DNA of 64,000 nucleotides from Octopus bimaculoides (lineage: Eukaryota). The stretch lies in contig NC_068986.1 in assembly GCF_001194135.2 (NCBI RefSeq), positions 2,455,017 to 2,519,016 on the forward strand, written 5' to 3'. Shown here one piece after another: positions 10,731 to 21,840 of the stretch; the stretch's first letter is position 1; every line of letters begins with the position of its first letter. The notes under the pieces were generated by a model. The model was not told the origin of the DNA, searched no databases, and saw only the letters and a list, made by a program, of their open reading frames with translations. Position numbers and translations under genes: made by a program.

Positions 10731-11885
10731 GCTGACAAATAATCTAAGACCAGAGCTTATATATACAACATAATAAAAATAACATTTACCCAAGGCACAC
10801 AGGCATGCATTTCAGTTGTTTGATGAAAGTACATAAATAAAAATGATTACTGCTTCAGACAGAGCTTTTATAACCACGTGCTCATTGTGATGTCATTACA
10901 GGTTCAACGTGTAACATAGGAATATACACTAACAAATGGTGTTGTCCTGAAACCAGAGTGGCCATGACCATCCTGTCCTTTTGGGCAGCAGGAGCTATTT
11001 TCTCCAATTTATTTATGGCTTTTAAAAGAGAGCAAGGTGTAATTTGGGAGGTTTACCTGTTATTGTCAGCAGGTCAAACAACAGTATAGAATGAGTCAGC
11101 AAAAGGTGGGCCATGGTCCATAAGTGGAGCACTGAAATATTCATTGTAGGCAGAACCTTTACAAAACAATTTTCAAATTTAAAATGCTTGTGGCACATCG
11201 AGCAGTTGATAGTCTATTGTCAGTGACCTGTAAAATATACCCAGCATACTCTTTGAAGTGGTTGGCATTAGGAAGGCATCCAGTACAGAAACCAAGCCAA
11301 AACAGACGACTGGAGCCTGGTGCAGCTCTCCAGCTTACCAGTATCAGTCAAACCATCTAACCCATGCCAGCATAAAAAAATAGATGTTAAATGAGGGTTG
11401 TGTCATGATTAATTTCTGCTCACAGAAGAAGCATGGCAATTATGGGAATGAAGGATGGAGTAATATAGAGGAATATTGTTATAAAATATGATATATATAT
11501 ATACATGTGAGACATGGACTAATGTGAAAAGAAATTAAAAGTGGGCTGTTATGAAAATAAGTTGATGATTGCTGGTATAGGGGTCCCCGCAAAGGTTACT
11601 TAGAACAAAACTACAGGATTAGACAGTCTCATACAGTGTTAGCCTCTGTATAGTTTTCCTCCCAGCATAAAATGAAAGTAATTTAATTTTGAAGATGGGG
11701 TTTCAGCAATTCTCACACTTGTCTAATGTTTATAGGATCCTCCTTACCTTTGTAGAAAACCTATCTAAACTTACGTATTCACACAGAATGTAAAAAAAAA
11801 AAAAAAAGTTTAAATTAAAAACAATTAAAAAAAAAACAAGACGTGGTGAAGGCGAAGGAAAAAAAAATATTTTTAATGATTCAAT

Positions 11886-12282
11886 TCATTTGTCTTTCTG
11901 AGTGATTTGTTGTAATGAACCAGTCTGTGTGGTGAGGGTTGGCTGGCATGAAACTGCTGCAGCACCACCCATCTGCTGTGGTTGGGAGCCAGTGGTGACA
12001 CCAGCACCTACACCACCTCCTTGTACAGACTGAATTCCCACCCCACCAGGGCCACCACCAGTTGCACCTGTCTGCTGAAGCTGCTGTTGTTGCTGTTGTT
12101 GTTGCTGCTGAGATGTTGCCAATTCAGACTGCGCCTGCAGCAGTGCCATTCTTTTGCGCTGGTAGTGCTGCCAGTGCAGCAGTTGTTGGTCGTCGATAAA
12201 CTTTGCACACTGCAAGTTCACCAGTTCTTTACGAAAATGTTCATACTGCAACAGCTCCAGGAAGTGCAGACACTGTGGATAC
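11886..12282 (-). CDS. MED31: MED31 exon 4 (terminal coding exon with polyQ/Gly tail)
   Basis: Acceptor ttataccccag; encodes [22 protein letters not shown]...QKDK, stop ending at 11886. Confidence 0.96.
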
Positions 12283-15200
12283 CTGGGGTATAACAATGAC
12301 AAAATTAAACAAACAGGAAAATTAATTTAATAAAAAAAAAAAAAATAAATAAAAAAAAACTAATTACAAGATTAATGATATTAAAACTACAACCAATTTT
12401 CCAAACTTATTTGACTTGCTTTAGATGAACTTGTCAAGAAAAGTTACAAAGAAGCAATCACAGAAAAGAGAAAGGTAACTGGAAATACGTATGAGGGGCT
12501 ATACTGGAAAGTTCTCAGCTTTGGATGAAAGAAAATGCAAGAGGATCAGTTAATTATGATTTTATTGAATATAATCCCATCTCAGATTCACACACCTATT
12601 GCAGTGGTCCTTCAGTTTTTCTGAGCCCTGTAGAACTCAGAAGGTTGAGCCTCCAACCAGGCCTTTTGTGGTACCCTCAAAGCCAGGAACTTTTCAGCAC
12701 CCCATTATACAAGTTTACTAAGGCGTTCAATTAGAGAAGAGATCTGTTTGATATCGGCCAGTCAAGAAGGTTGGATAAAGATCTCTTTCTAATTTTGGCA
12801 CAAAACCAGAAATTCTGAAGGGAGGAGGAAGCTGATTACATCAACCCCAGTACATGACAGGTACTTATTTTATCAACTCTGAAAGGATGAATTGCAAAGT
12901 CAACCTTGGTGGCATTCAAACTCAGAACATAAAAAGACAGAAGAAATGCTGCTAAAAATTTCGTTCTCAAACACATTTTCTATGTTGATGTTTAATCCAG
13001 CCCTATCCAGCACAAATATTCTGCCTGTTTTATGTTAAAACTGACCAAGATCCAACCTCTCACACCTACCCTACAATGTCATTCTAAAAACAATCACTCA
13101 TATCATCAAAATCTTGAAGCTACAAGATAATGCATGATTAATTCAAAACATTGTGAATAAATAAGCATTTCATTGATAAAGAAATCTGAATGCTAAAAGG
13201 TTAAGCAAAATTTAAATAATTTTATATTTTACTAAATTTACCTGTAATTAGATTCACTTTAAGACAAAAATTACAAAATAGATTCGGTTAAGAACCTTTT
13301 GTTAAACTATGTTCCAAAAATCACGTTATGTTGATTAATAAAAAAAAAAAAAGAGTCGGTTTATGAAACCAGACTAAATTCACAATTATTCTAGAACTTA
13401 ATTGAAACACACAAGGGATGTATTTTGGTTAGAAATATAGTAATGAAGAGTTAAACACAGCCTTGCAAATAGAAATCTTATCTAAGCAGGATTTTCTTCA
13501 GTAATAAACACACCAACAGAATATCAGCAACCCAATGAATAACTTCCATTGCATACTCTCTAAGCCAATCCTATCAGCACAAATATTTACAGTATGTAGT
13601 CGAGATAATTGTTTATCAGGAGTAGCTAATTTCAAACAGTAAAATAACAACCCTAAAAATTATAGCATCAACAAATCTTTATTAACAGTGAAGTTTAAAA
13701 AGACTGACTCACTTGAGGTATTTTGCATACTTTGCTTCTTTCCAATACTGAAGGTATTTTAAATAGTTCACAAATGATGGATCTTTGAAATAGTTTCTTT
13801 GGGCAAGGACTGCAAAAATATCACATCGTTTGATTAATTATATATCATTGTATATTAATAATTTAGATCAAAGGCGAAAAAAAATTATTCAAAACATCAA
13901 GATAAATTCTTTATTTTCTACGCTAACATGAAATAAATTTCAGACAAAAACGTAAAGAACCCCTTCGGTCAAGAATGAGCATGGGATTGCACCTAAAAAG
14001 TTACCCTCAGAGGCACAAGTCTGGGCAAGGTTAGATGAGTGATGTGCCTTTACAAATTCAGACAAAATAATATTAAAAAAAAATTTTTTTTTCAAGTCAA
14101 GTTGGAAGATAGTACTTATGACTCTTTACTGGGCCTTTGTGACTGGACAGTGACAGGGAGGAAGGTATCGTCAAACTAGGGACTTGGCCTATCAAAGTGG
14201 ACTCAGTACACGTCTGTTCCAATAATAAACTCAGTCAGCAAATCCTCTACAACTGCCAATAGCAAGATGAGCTGCTACGGATCACATGATCCCAGAGTGT
14301 GTACGCATGTGACTGGGGACCACAGGTGAACTTGTAGTCTCACTGAAACTCCAAACATGAACTTTACACCTTGCAATATTAAACCAGATAACAGACTAAA
14401 TCTACCAAGTAGACCATAGTGGGATTTGAACTTAGAACACAAAGAGCCAGAAGAAATACCACAAGACATCAGGTTCAACATTTTTAGAGGTCTTCAAATA
14501 GATGGGCTCTTTTTTTTTTAATTAACCATGAAAAAAGTGAAAAGCAAAGTTGACCATAGCAGGGTTGGAACTCAGAGTACAGTCAGAACAAATACCACAA
14601 AGCATTTTTTTTCCGTTGCTCTAATGACTGCCACCAATTTGCCAACTTGATGCATTCAAAAGGTAGATTGCTCATCTAAAATGTCACCAAGGTTAAATCT
14701 GGCAAAATCATTAGATTCATATTTCTAATTTATGCAAGCAGGAAACATACAGATAGTATGACTAGCATGGACTGATATAATCAACACATTTACATTAAAC
14801 AAAGAAGTAGGAATGAAATGAATAAATTAAATGAACTTCATGCTTTACTAGCTGTTGTACTAACAATACCATTAGATAAGAAATTTATCTCATTTTAACA
14901 TTCACTTTTCCATACTTGCATAGGTTGGTTTTATTGAGGCAGATTTTCTAGAGGGATGCCCTTCCTGACACCAACCCTCATCTTTTTCCAAGCAAGATAA
15001 TAGGCACAAGAAGGCTTTCATTGATATCAAATGCGATATAAAAACAGAAATTAAAAGTAAATAAACTTACAATTTAAGTAATTGGGATTTGCAAGACACT
15101 GGACAAATTCCATCTCCACTTGGAAACGAAGTTTTTGTTGCTCATCAGTCTCTGGATGTAAAAAAGAAATAAAAAAAGTTAAACTTTATTTTTTAATGGC

Positions 15201-17132
15201 AAACACAACTAAGTAGGAAGACAGTAAAGGACCCACATTTTAAAATAGCAAATCAGGTTTCACATCCTTCAGAATCTATCTTTCAGATTAGCTTTCCAAA
15301 TATTTCACATGTCTGATACCACATTTTATAACCCAACAGTTTAATAGACTACCTATTTACATTATGGCTTAAAATAAATGCAAGCTCATACGTTTTGGGG
15401 CCAGAATACAGCCACTTATGAAATAACCTTAGTTATTTATATATATATATATTATCATCATCATCATTTAGCATCTGTTGTCCATGCTGGCATGGGTTTG
15501 ACGGTCTGACCAGGGCTGGCTGCAACAGATTCCAGTCTGATTTTAACACAAAATAACTTTAAAAATATAAACTTTTCTCAACAACACTAAGAGTAAAAGA
15601 TGTTTTATATGACACATTCTACCAGTGTCCCAAGTTTGAAAGTGTTTCGTTAGAAAACAAATGGTGTCTGCCAAATCAGAAGGATCCCACCTGTTCCCTG
15701 GCCTCAATCTTGACCTCTCTCTCTCTCTCACCAGGTAACCATGTATCTCCTCTACAGCAAGGCATCTGTTTATGTCTCCTTTCCTCATCTGGCCTAAGAT
15801 CACCTCCTCCCATTCCCCCATCCCCTCTCAAAGGATCTTTGTCTTGCAACTGACTTGGTGACCCTGCCAGTGCTAGTGCCACATAAAAAGCATCCAGTTC
15901 ACACTGTAAAGTGGTTGGCATTTCAAAGGGCATCCAGTGATACAAATCCGATATAACAAACTCCTATTGCAAAATCCAATTTTTTGTAAAGTTCTTTTTT
16001 ACTTATTTTAGTATAATTTATTCTTTTATAAAATAAAATGAAAGAACTAGACAGGATAATGCTGTCATCGGCATTTAACTGTGTCCACCACAACATTATG
16101 AGCAATACAAGGTAATGTGTGGCTTATTTTCACAAAATGCATTAATTCAATACAGCATATCGTTGTATTATGAATTAATCCCAATGATGTGAGAAAGTAA
16201 ATTGTACTATCAAAGTTCATCGCATTAAAACCTCCATCCATTTCGACAAGATTCCTTTCAATCACTTCATCAATGTTAATGATACCCTGCACATTCTCAC
16301 AGGTGCTTGCTGTGTTACAGGGTCAGCGATTTCTTTGACACAAAATTTTCAGTTCCAAAGAAAAGAAAAGCAAAAACATTCTTCTAGTTGCATTCTATTG
16401 CCGAGTTGAATCGAGTACTACCGAGCATTACTTTACTTTCGTTTATTTTTTCTTATGCCAATCTCTGCCGACTTCAGTGGTTTCATTTTCTGCATCACAA
16501 AACGAAACCTCGCATTTGGTTATTATTATTATTTTTAACAAATAATATATCAGTATGATGGTTCTGGTTGTTTACGAATAGGTCATCGTTCGTTTTAATT
16601 TGCAGCGAATAAATAAACTGGCAGTCCAACTTAAATGAAAAATTATTCAGTAAAATAACTGTCAAAATAAAACAAATGATTTAAAGTGATACAAACAGAC
16701 ATACTGTTTATGAACATTATGAAAAGCATGGGAAGATTTCGTATTATAGACTTCGGGATGTTTTTAGTCTGTTACTTTCACTTTTTCTCTCCAAATAACA
16801 AAATAATACAAACAGTTCTTGGATCTCTTTTAATAAAACTCCTTTTCCAATATGAAAACATGTTGAAGAAGGTTCTCGCCGTGACAAAAGGAAAACAAAC
16901 AAAAATTTGAAACGGGATTTTACGTTGCTGAAATAGATTTTGGTTTATGTGTATATATAAATATCTTGGCTCAAACATTTTAGTTACTTCTGTAGTTTTC
17001 TCAACTAATAAAATATTGTGTGTATGTGGATATATATAGAGAGAAAGAAAGATAAAAATGATATTCTTTACCTTGGCTGGGATGAACAGGGACTCGAGAA
17101 GAAGCCATGCTTGGAAAAATGCCGTCAAACAT
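11886..17132 (-). CDS. MED31: Mediator of RNA polymerase II transcription subunit 31, whole gene: complement(join(11886..12282,13713..13809,15071..15151,17072..17132)), 636 nt, 211 aa
   Basis: Spliced translation ...[104 protein letters not shown] matches the SOH1/MED31 family as I recall it. All three introns are GT-AG and the phases (1,1,2) are consistent. Confidence 0.97.
12492..12705 (-). mobile_element. Mariner-derived internally deleted MITE, copy 1 (MED31 intron 3)
   Basis: TIRs tgagggg...gaaagttc / gccaggaacttttcagcacccc with TA flanks; interior is the reverse complement of the 40360-40568 copy. Confidence 0.7.
13713..13809 (-). CDS. MED31: MED31 exon 3
   Basis: Acceptor tttttgcag, donor GTGAGT; encodes [33 protein letters not shown]. 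Confidence 0.96.
15071..15151 (-). CDS. MED31: MED31 exon 2
   Basis: Acceptor ttttttacatccag, donor GTAAGT; encodes [27 protein letters not shown]. Confidence 0.96.
17072..17132 (-). CDS. MED31: MED31 exon 1 ([20 protein letters not shown]; second in-frame ATG at 17108)
   Basis: ATG at 17132, donor CAAG|GTAAAG at 17071, phase 1 matching exon 2. This N-terminus is not conserved, so it is less certain than the other exons. Confidence 0.75.
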
Positions 17133-17138
17133 AATTTT

Positions 17139-17146
17139 ACTTCCGT
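17139..17146 (-). promoter_or_regulatory. ETS-like motif (ACGGAAGT on minus) just upstream of the MED31 ATG
   Basis: CGGAAGT core in a locally CpG-containing segment next to the start codon; motif match only. Confidence 0.3.
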
Positions 17147-18012
17147 CAATTTATGGAACCGCAGTAACGATGTTGTGATGTTTATTGGATATAATTGAGA
17201 ATACTATAAAAAAAAAATCTGACATCAAACAAAGATTTTTAAAAATTACAAACAATTATTTGACTTCTGTAATTTAAAGAAATTATTATTTTTTATTTTA
17301 CATGTCCATAAAACTTCAGATTTTTAAGAGAGGAAATGTAATTAGTGAAAGGAATTGTTTGTAACAATTGAAAATGGGTCGCATGTCATGAATAATAATA
17401 ATAACGAAGACAAATTTATTACTTCTTTTGTCGGCAACGCTTATATATTTTTTATTTATAACGCATTTTGATTTGGTTTTCAAGCTTTTAGTAGTTTTTT
17501 TGTCTTATCTAAATCCTATGTAACTGTCTCCGTTTGTGGCAAAATGACTTGGAAATATAAATATTAGTGCACTAGTCCAGAAGAAAGTGCAAGTGGAGGT
17601 TACTGTTATACATTTTTAAGAAACAATACTCCGAAGACATTTTTCCCACCTAAGAACTATTTGTGAATGGAACCAAACACTACAACAGTAGAATATAAAT
17701 ATAAGTTATAAAATGATAAGGGCAGGAGACGAGCTGAAAACTAAGTAAGAGAATGGGAATCTCGCAAAATCTAAGTGTCGGTGATTAGTTTTGGTTTCAA
17801 GATGAAATAAATTTCTTCGTCGGTGGAAGAAATTTAACATTTGTTTTTCCATGCCATTACGACTCAAGCAGAAACTAATGCCCCTCCTGCCGCCAACTTT
17901 CACCCGTGATTTTTCTCTTTTTTTTTTTTTTTACCTGTCAAGTAAGGGATTAGAATTCCCCATTGGATATCAGGTAACATTCTAAGAAAATAGAAATTAC
18001 TTGTGAAACAAT

Positions 18013-18062
18013 ATTTCTAACGGGTCGATATACTTAATTAAGTATATCGACCCGTTAGAAAT
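18013..18062. repeat. Perfect 50-bp palindrome centred on TTAA|TTAA
   Basis: ATTTCTAACGGGTCGATATACTTAA | TTAAGTATATCGACCCGTTAGAAAT. Confidence 0.97.
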
Positions 18063-18658
18063 GGCAGTCAAATCTCCTTCAAATTACACCCTACTGTCTT
18101 GAAAAAAAAAGATGGAAACATTTCATAATGTAGTCCAAGATACATAATGTCCGAAGTAGAGCAGTCTGGCTCGCCTTTGGTTTGCTTAGTCGTAAGTTTA
18201 TTGAGGTCAATGACTGTTCTGTTCTGTATGCAGATCCTGTCAAAACCAACTTTGCTTCTCATCCTTTCAGTGTTGATAAATGATGCATCAGCACAGGTTA
18301 GTGGACAGGTGGGAATAATAAAGCATCAGGTGAACTGCCTTGCAATTTGTTGCAGTTCTTTTTGTTCTGAGTTCAAATCTTGGAATGGCCTACTTGAATG
18401 GTAGACTTAATCCTTCACCTAGTTTAAAACTCTACTAAATGGTTCTTGGATGCCTTTAGGAGTATCTACTGCTTTGCAAGTATTCAGGTCTCCGGCTGAG
18501 TTCCCTTTCATCTCTCCCTCCTCACTAGTCTCCGAGGCCCTGCAAAGAGACATAAGCACGGTCTTCTTTCCTGACTAAGAGATAAAAACAAAACAATCTG
18601 GGCTGACCCTAGACCATCTTAAGAGTATTAGAAGCCTCTATGCAAAGCAATCTACTGG

Positions 18659-18707
18659 NNNNNNNNNNNNNNNNNNNNNNNNNNNNNNNNNNNNNNNNNN
18701 NNNNNNN
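18659..18707. other. Assembly gap (N run)
   Basis: Run of N. Confidence 0.99.
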
Positions 18708-19313
18708 NGGGGGTCTATCATATTCAGTGATTGCAAGCCACGGGGCACAAAGATTAGCATTGAGCCTCTTAACCCATGGGGCTCCCATGCAACTACACAA
18801 TATGCCCATGGCACTAGACTGACCTGGATCTCAACAACAACAAAATATTTTCAATCACTTTGAACTCAGCAGCCTATTAACTGGAAGTAGCCCAATATCT
18901 AATTGGTCATTTCATATCTAGGATATTTGAAAAATGTGAAATGAAGTAACAGCCCAGATATAAATAAAAAGTGTGTTATGAGTCTGAATTTAAGATATGA
19001 GCTAACAGCCAATTATCTTACCTACTCTTCTTCATGGTCCTGTTCTAGGTTTACATAATGATGTAAATTTTACAAGCCTTGTCACAACTTTAGTTAATAT
19101 CGTGGTTCAGTAGAATAACTTTGCTGTGTGACTAATTATAAGCATCTAAATTAGGTGTAGATATGGCTGTGTGGTAAGAAGTTTGCTTCTTGGCCACATG
19201 GTTTTGGGTTTAGTCCCACTGTGTGGCACCCTGAACAAGTGTTTTCTTCTATGGCCCTTAGATGACCAAAGTCTTGTGAGTGAATTTAGAAGACGATGAT
19301 GATAACTGAGAGA

Positions 19314-19910
19314 TATAAGGTGCATTCAAAAAGTATTGAGACTTTTTCAGGAAAGACATTAATTTCAAAGAAGTACAAAACTCTGATCACCTTCAAAGTA
19401 GGATCCTCTCCTTTCAATGCACTTCTTGTAGTACTCCAGCCCCTTGGAAATCCTCCAAAGTGAAGGTGTCCAGGACCCTTGTTACAGACTCCTCTCCTTC
19501 ATCTTCAACTTCAGGATCAAGCAAAAGTAACGGAACAACGTCCTGACTGTAGGGAGGGTGAAGGACGGTTTTGATGTCCGTCTCTGTCAAGTAGTTGGTT
19601 ACTAAAATGGAAATTGTGGACTGGTGCATTGTCCTGATGCAGGTGCTCTCATCTTTCATGATGAAATTTCTTTTTAAACTCCCTCAAAACTTCCACAAAG
19701 TACTCTTGGTTGACCATCTTGCCAGAGGGAACTTAGGGGATGTAGATGATACCCTTGATGTCAAAAAAGGGGATTATCATGATCTTCCTGATGGACTTGC
19801 CAATGAAAAACAGATACTTAGCTCATACATCTTAATTCATAAGCATTCGAGAGCATTTCATAAGTTTCTGTAGCATTTTTGTCCAGTTTAACTTTATTGC
19901 ATAGCAAGCT
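19314..19910 (-). mobile_element. Decayed mariner (DD34D) transposon, 3' half
   Basis: SILVTNYLTETDIKTVLHPPYSQD (HPPYSPDL motif) and VTRVLDTFTLEDF; end begins at TA + aaggtgcattcaaaaagtattgagac. Confidence 0.8.
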
Positions 19911-21529
19911 TCCAAATTGCTTTTAGATCCCTCAAAACCACTTGTGCTTAAATTAAAATTAATTATTACTAAGGAAAATTAAGCCCTCTGGAGTGGGATG
20001 TTTCCTGTTAGTTCATGTAATATATGTTATCTCAATTCTTTTTGGAGGGTGGGTGTCTTAATATATAGGATAAAATTGTCCAATTTGTCTTTTCCTTATT
20101 TAAGATAGTAGGATATTATCTCAAGAAAATTTAGCTGCTATTTCTTGGACATTGAGCAACTGCACAAAGACCTTTCTTCATTGACTTGAAATAAACTTTT
20201 TTAATTCACACAAGATCAATTTTGATTGAACAGACCATTGATGGAAGTCGTTCCAGTTATGACTATCTCATCTTTTTTGTATGTGAGGAACTACATTATC
20301 CAGTATATTCTTTATATAAGACAGTTGAGTATGATTTTGTTGAAAATTTCGTTGTTATTTCCAACAGGTTGAATGACCATGTGAAAAGTCTCTTGTTGAA
20401 CACTAAGACCAGTATTTTAAACGTTACATCTATAAAGGGAAATTACTTTGAAACATTTTAACACGAGTCATTGCCCTTGACTTGTTTTCTCAAAGCTAAG
20501 GTCTATGCATTCTAAGAATTCCTTCTAATTTCATTAGATCTTCCATCTCAGTTCAAGAACCTGGTCAAACCTTTCCTGTCACACCCTTTTCGTACTTAGA
20601 TATACATATTACATTCCAGAAGTTCATCAGATTCTTAGAGCGATAATCAAATACTACTTTACATACACACATAGGGGCTGTTGTAAAGGTACAATATGCA
20701 AAGAGAAAAATAGTGCATCTGTTGGCCTGATGTAGTGGGTTGGCGAGTTGATCGGCAATGAGGTATGCAGTTAATTAATGAATTCATTCATTCAAAGAAA
20801 ACAGTGCATCTGCAGGCCAGAAGTTGGAATGTATTCGTGGATGTTTGTTAGTGTCAAGCAGTGTTACCATTCCAAATGTGACTCTTGGAAAGAGTCAGCA
20901 ACTAATGAGGGCTGAAGTAGTTTCCTGGGTCTGATATGTTTGTAGATCCTCCCAGACTTGTGAGATTGATATAGTCGATGTTCATAGTCTCCTGTGTAAT
21001 GAATGCCTTAGTATATCATTCTATAATAAATAAATCAGAAATGATTAAAATAAACGGCCAACATCGGCCAAATCTCTGATCTGGACAATATTTTTAGCAG
21101 GGTTTGACATGGAGGAATAAGTAAGCGTCCAACGACCCGGAAAAAAATTAGAGAAAATCATTTTTGCAAAGTATCAAGTCTAGCTCTTTATTATCTCTAC
21201 CAACTCGACTGCCCAAGTTTTAGAACAATATTTACAAATTCGTAACTTATATTTCTTCTAAAAATCATCCTAACTGTCTAAGAATTGAATAGTAAATCGC
21301 TTGTAAATTCGGACAAAAGATTTGAGGATTATTGCTAAGTTCCCCTTCGGTCAGCTGAGTTGTTCAATTTCATACATTCCCCCCACTCTCTCACGTTGAG
21401 ACATTGTTTTTAATTTTATCCAATAGAAATTGAGAATGGCCGTTACTGCATTATTGTTCCGATCCCACTATGGCAGCTCGGTCTGCTTTCGGCAGTGTTG
21501 TCGTATAACTTTCTAACTGCGCATTGCTA

Positions 21530-21840
21530 ATGGATACACCGAAAGCCGTTACAATGGATTGCCCATCTTCTCCTGTCGATCCTGAAATTTTCCAGGCGAT
21601 GCAAAATGTCGACGTGAATTGTTTATCTCGCATGAACGAGTCCAAGTTGAGACCCGTCTTGCCGGCGCTCGTCCGCATGGCGCTCTGCAAATCCGTCGAT
21701 ACCAGCGAAGCCTGGGCGACCTCGCGCAAAACAGTCCTCAATATTCTCTCCAATTTCGATGTTGTTAATGGACTTGTAGCCCTTTTATCTATCGATTTCC
21801 ATTCGCTTGAACAAGACGTGAAAAAAGAACAAAATCTTCG
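21530..21840 (+). CDS. INTS2: INTS2 exon 1 (alternative in-frame ATG at 21554)
   Basis: MDTPKAVTMDCPSSPVDPEIFQAMQNVDVNCL...DFHSLEQDVKKEQNLR; donor CG|GTGAGT. Confidence 0.93.

Noticed and set aside
16065-16311. 75-80-codon minus ORF in MED31 intron 1 with a possible acceptor
   Set aside because: No recognisable homology and a weak pyrimidine tract; compatible with chance.
21451-21753. 100-aa minus-strand ORF
   Set aside because: Antisense shadow of the GC-richer INTS2 exon 1; no independent motif.
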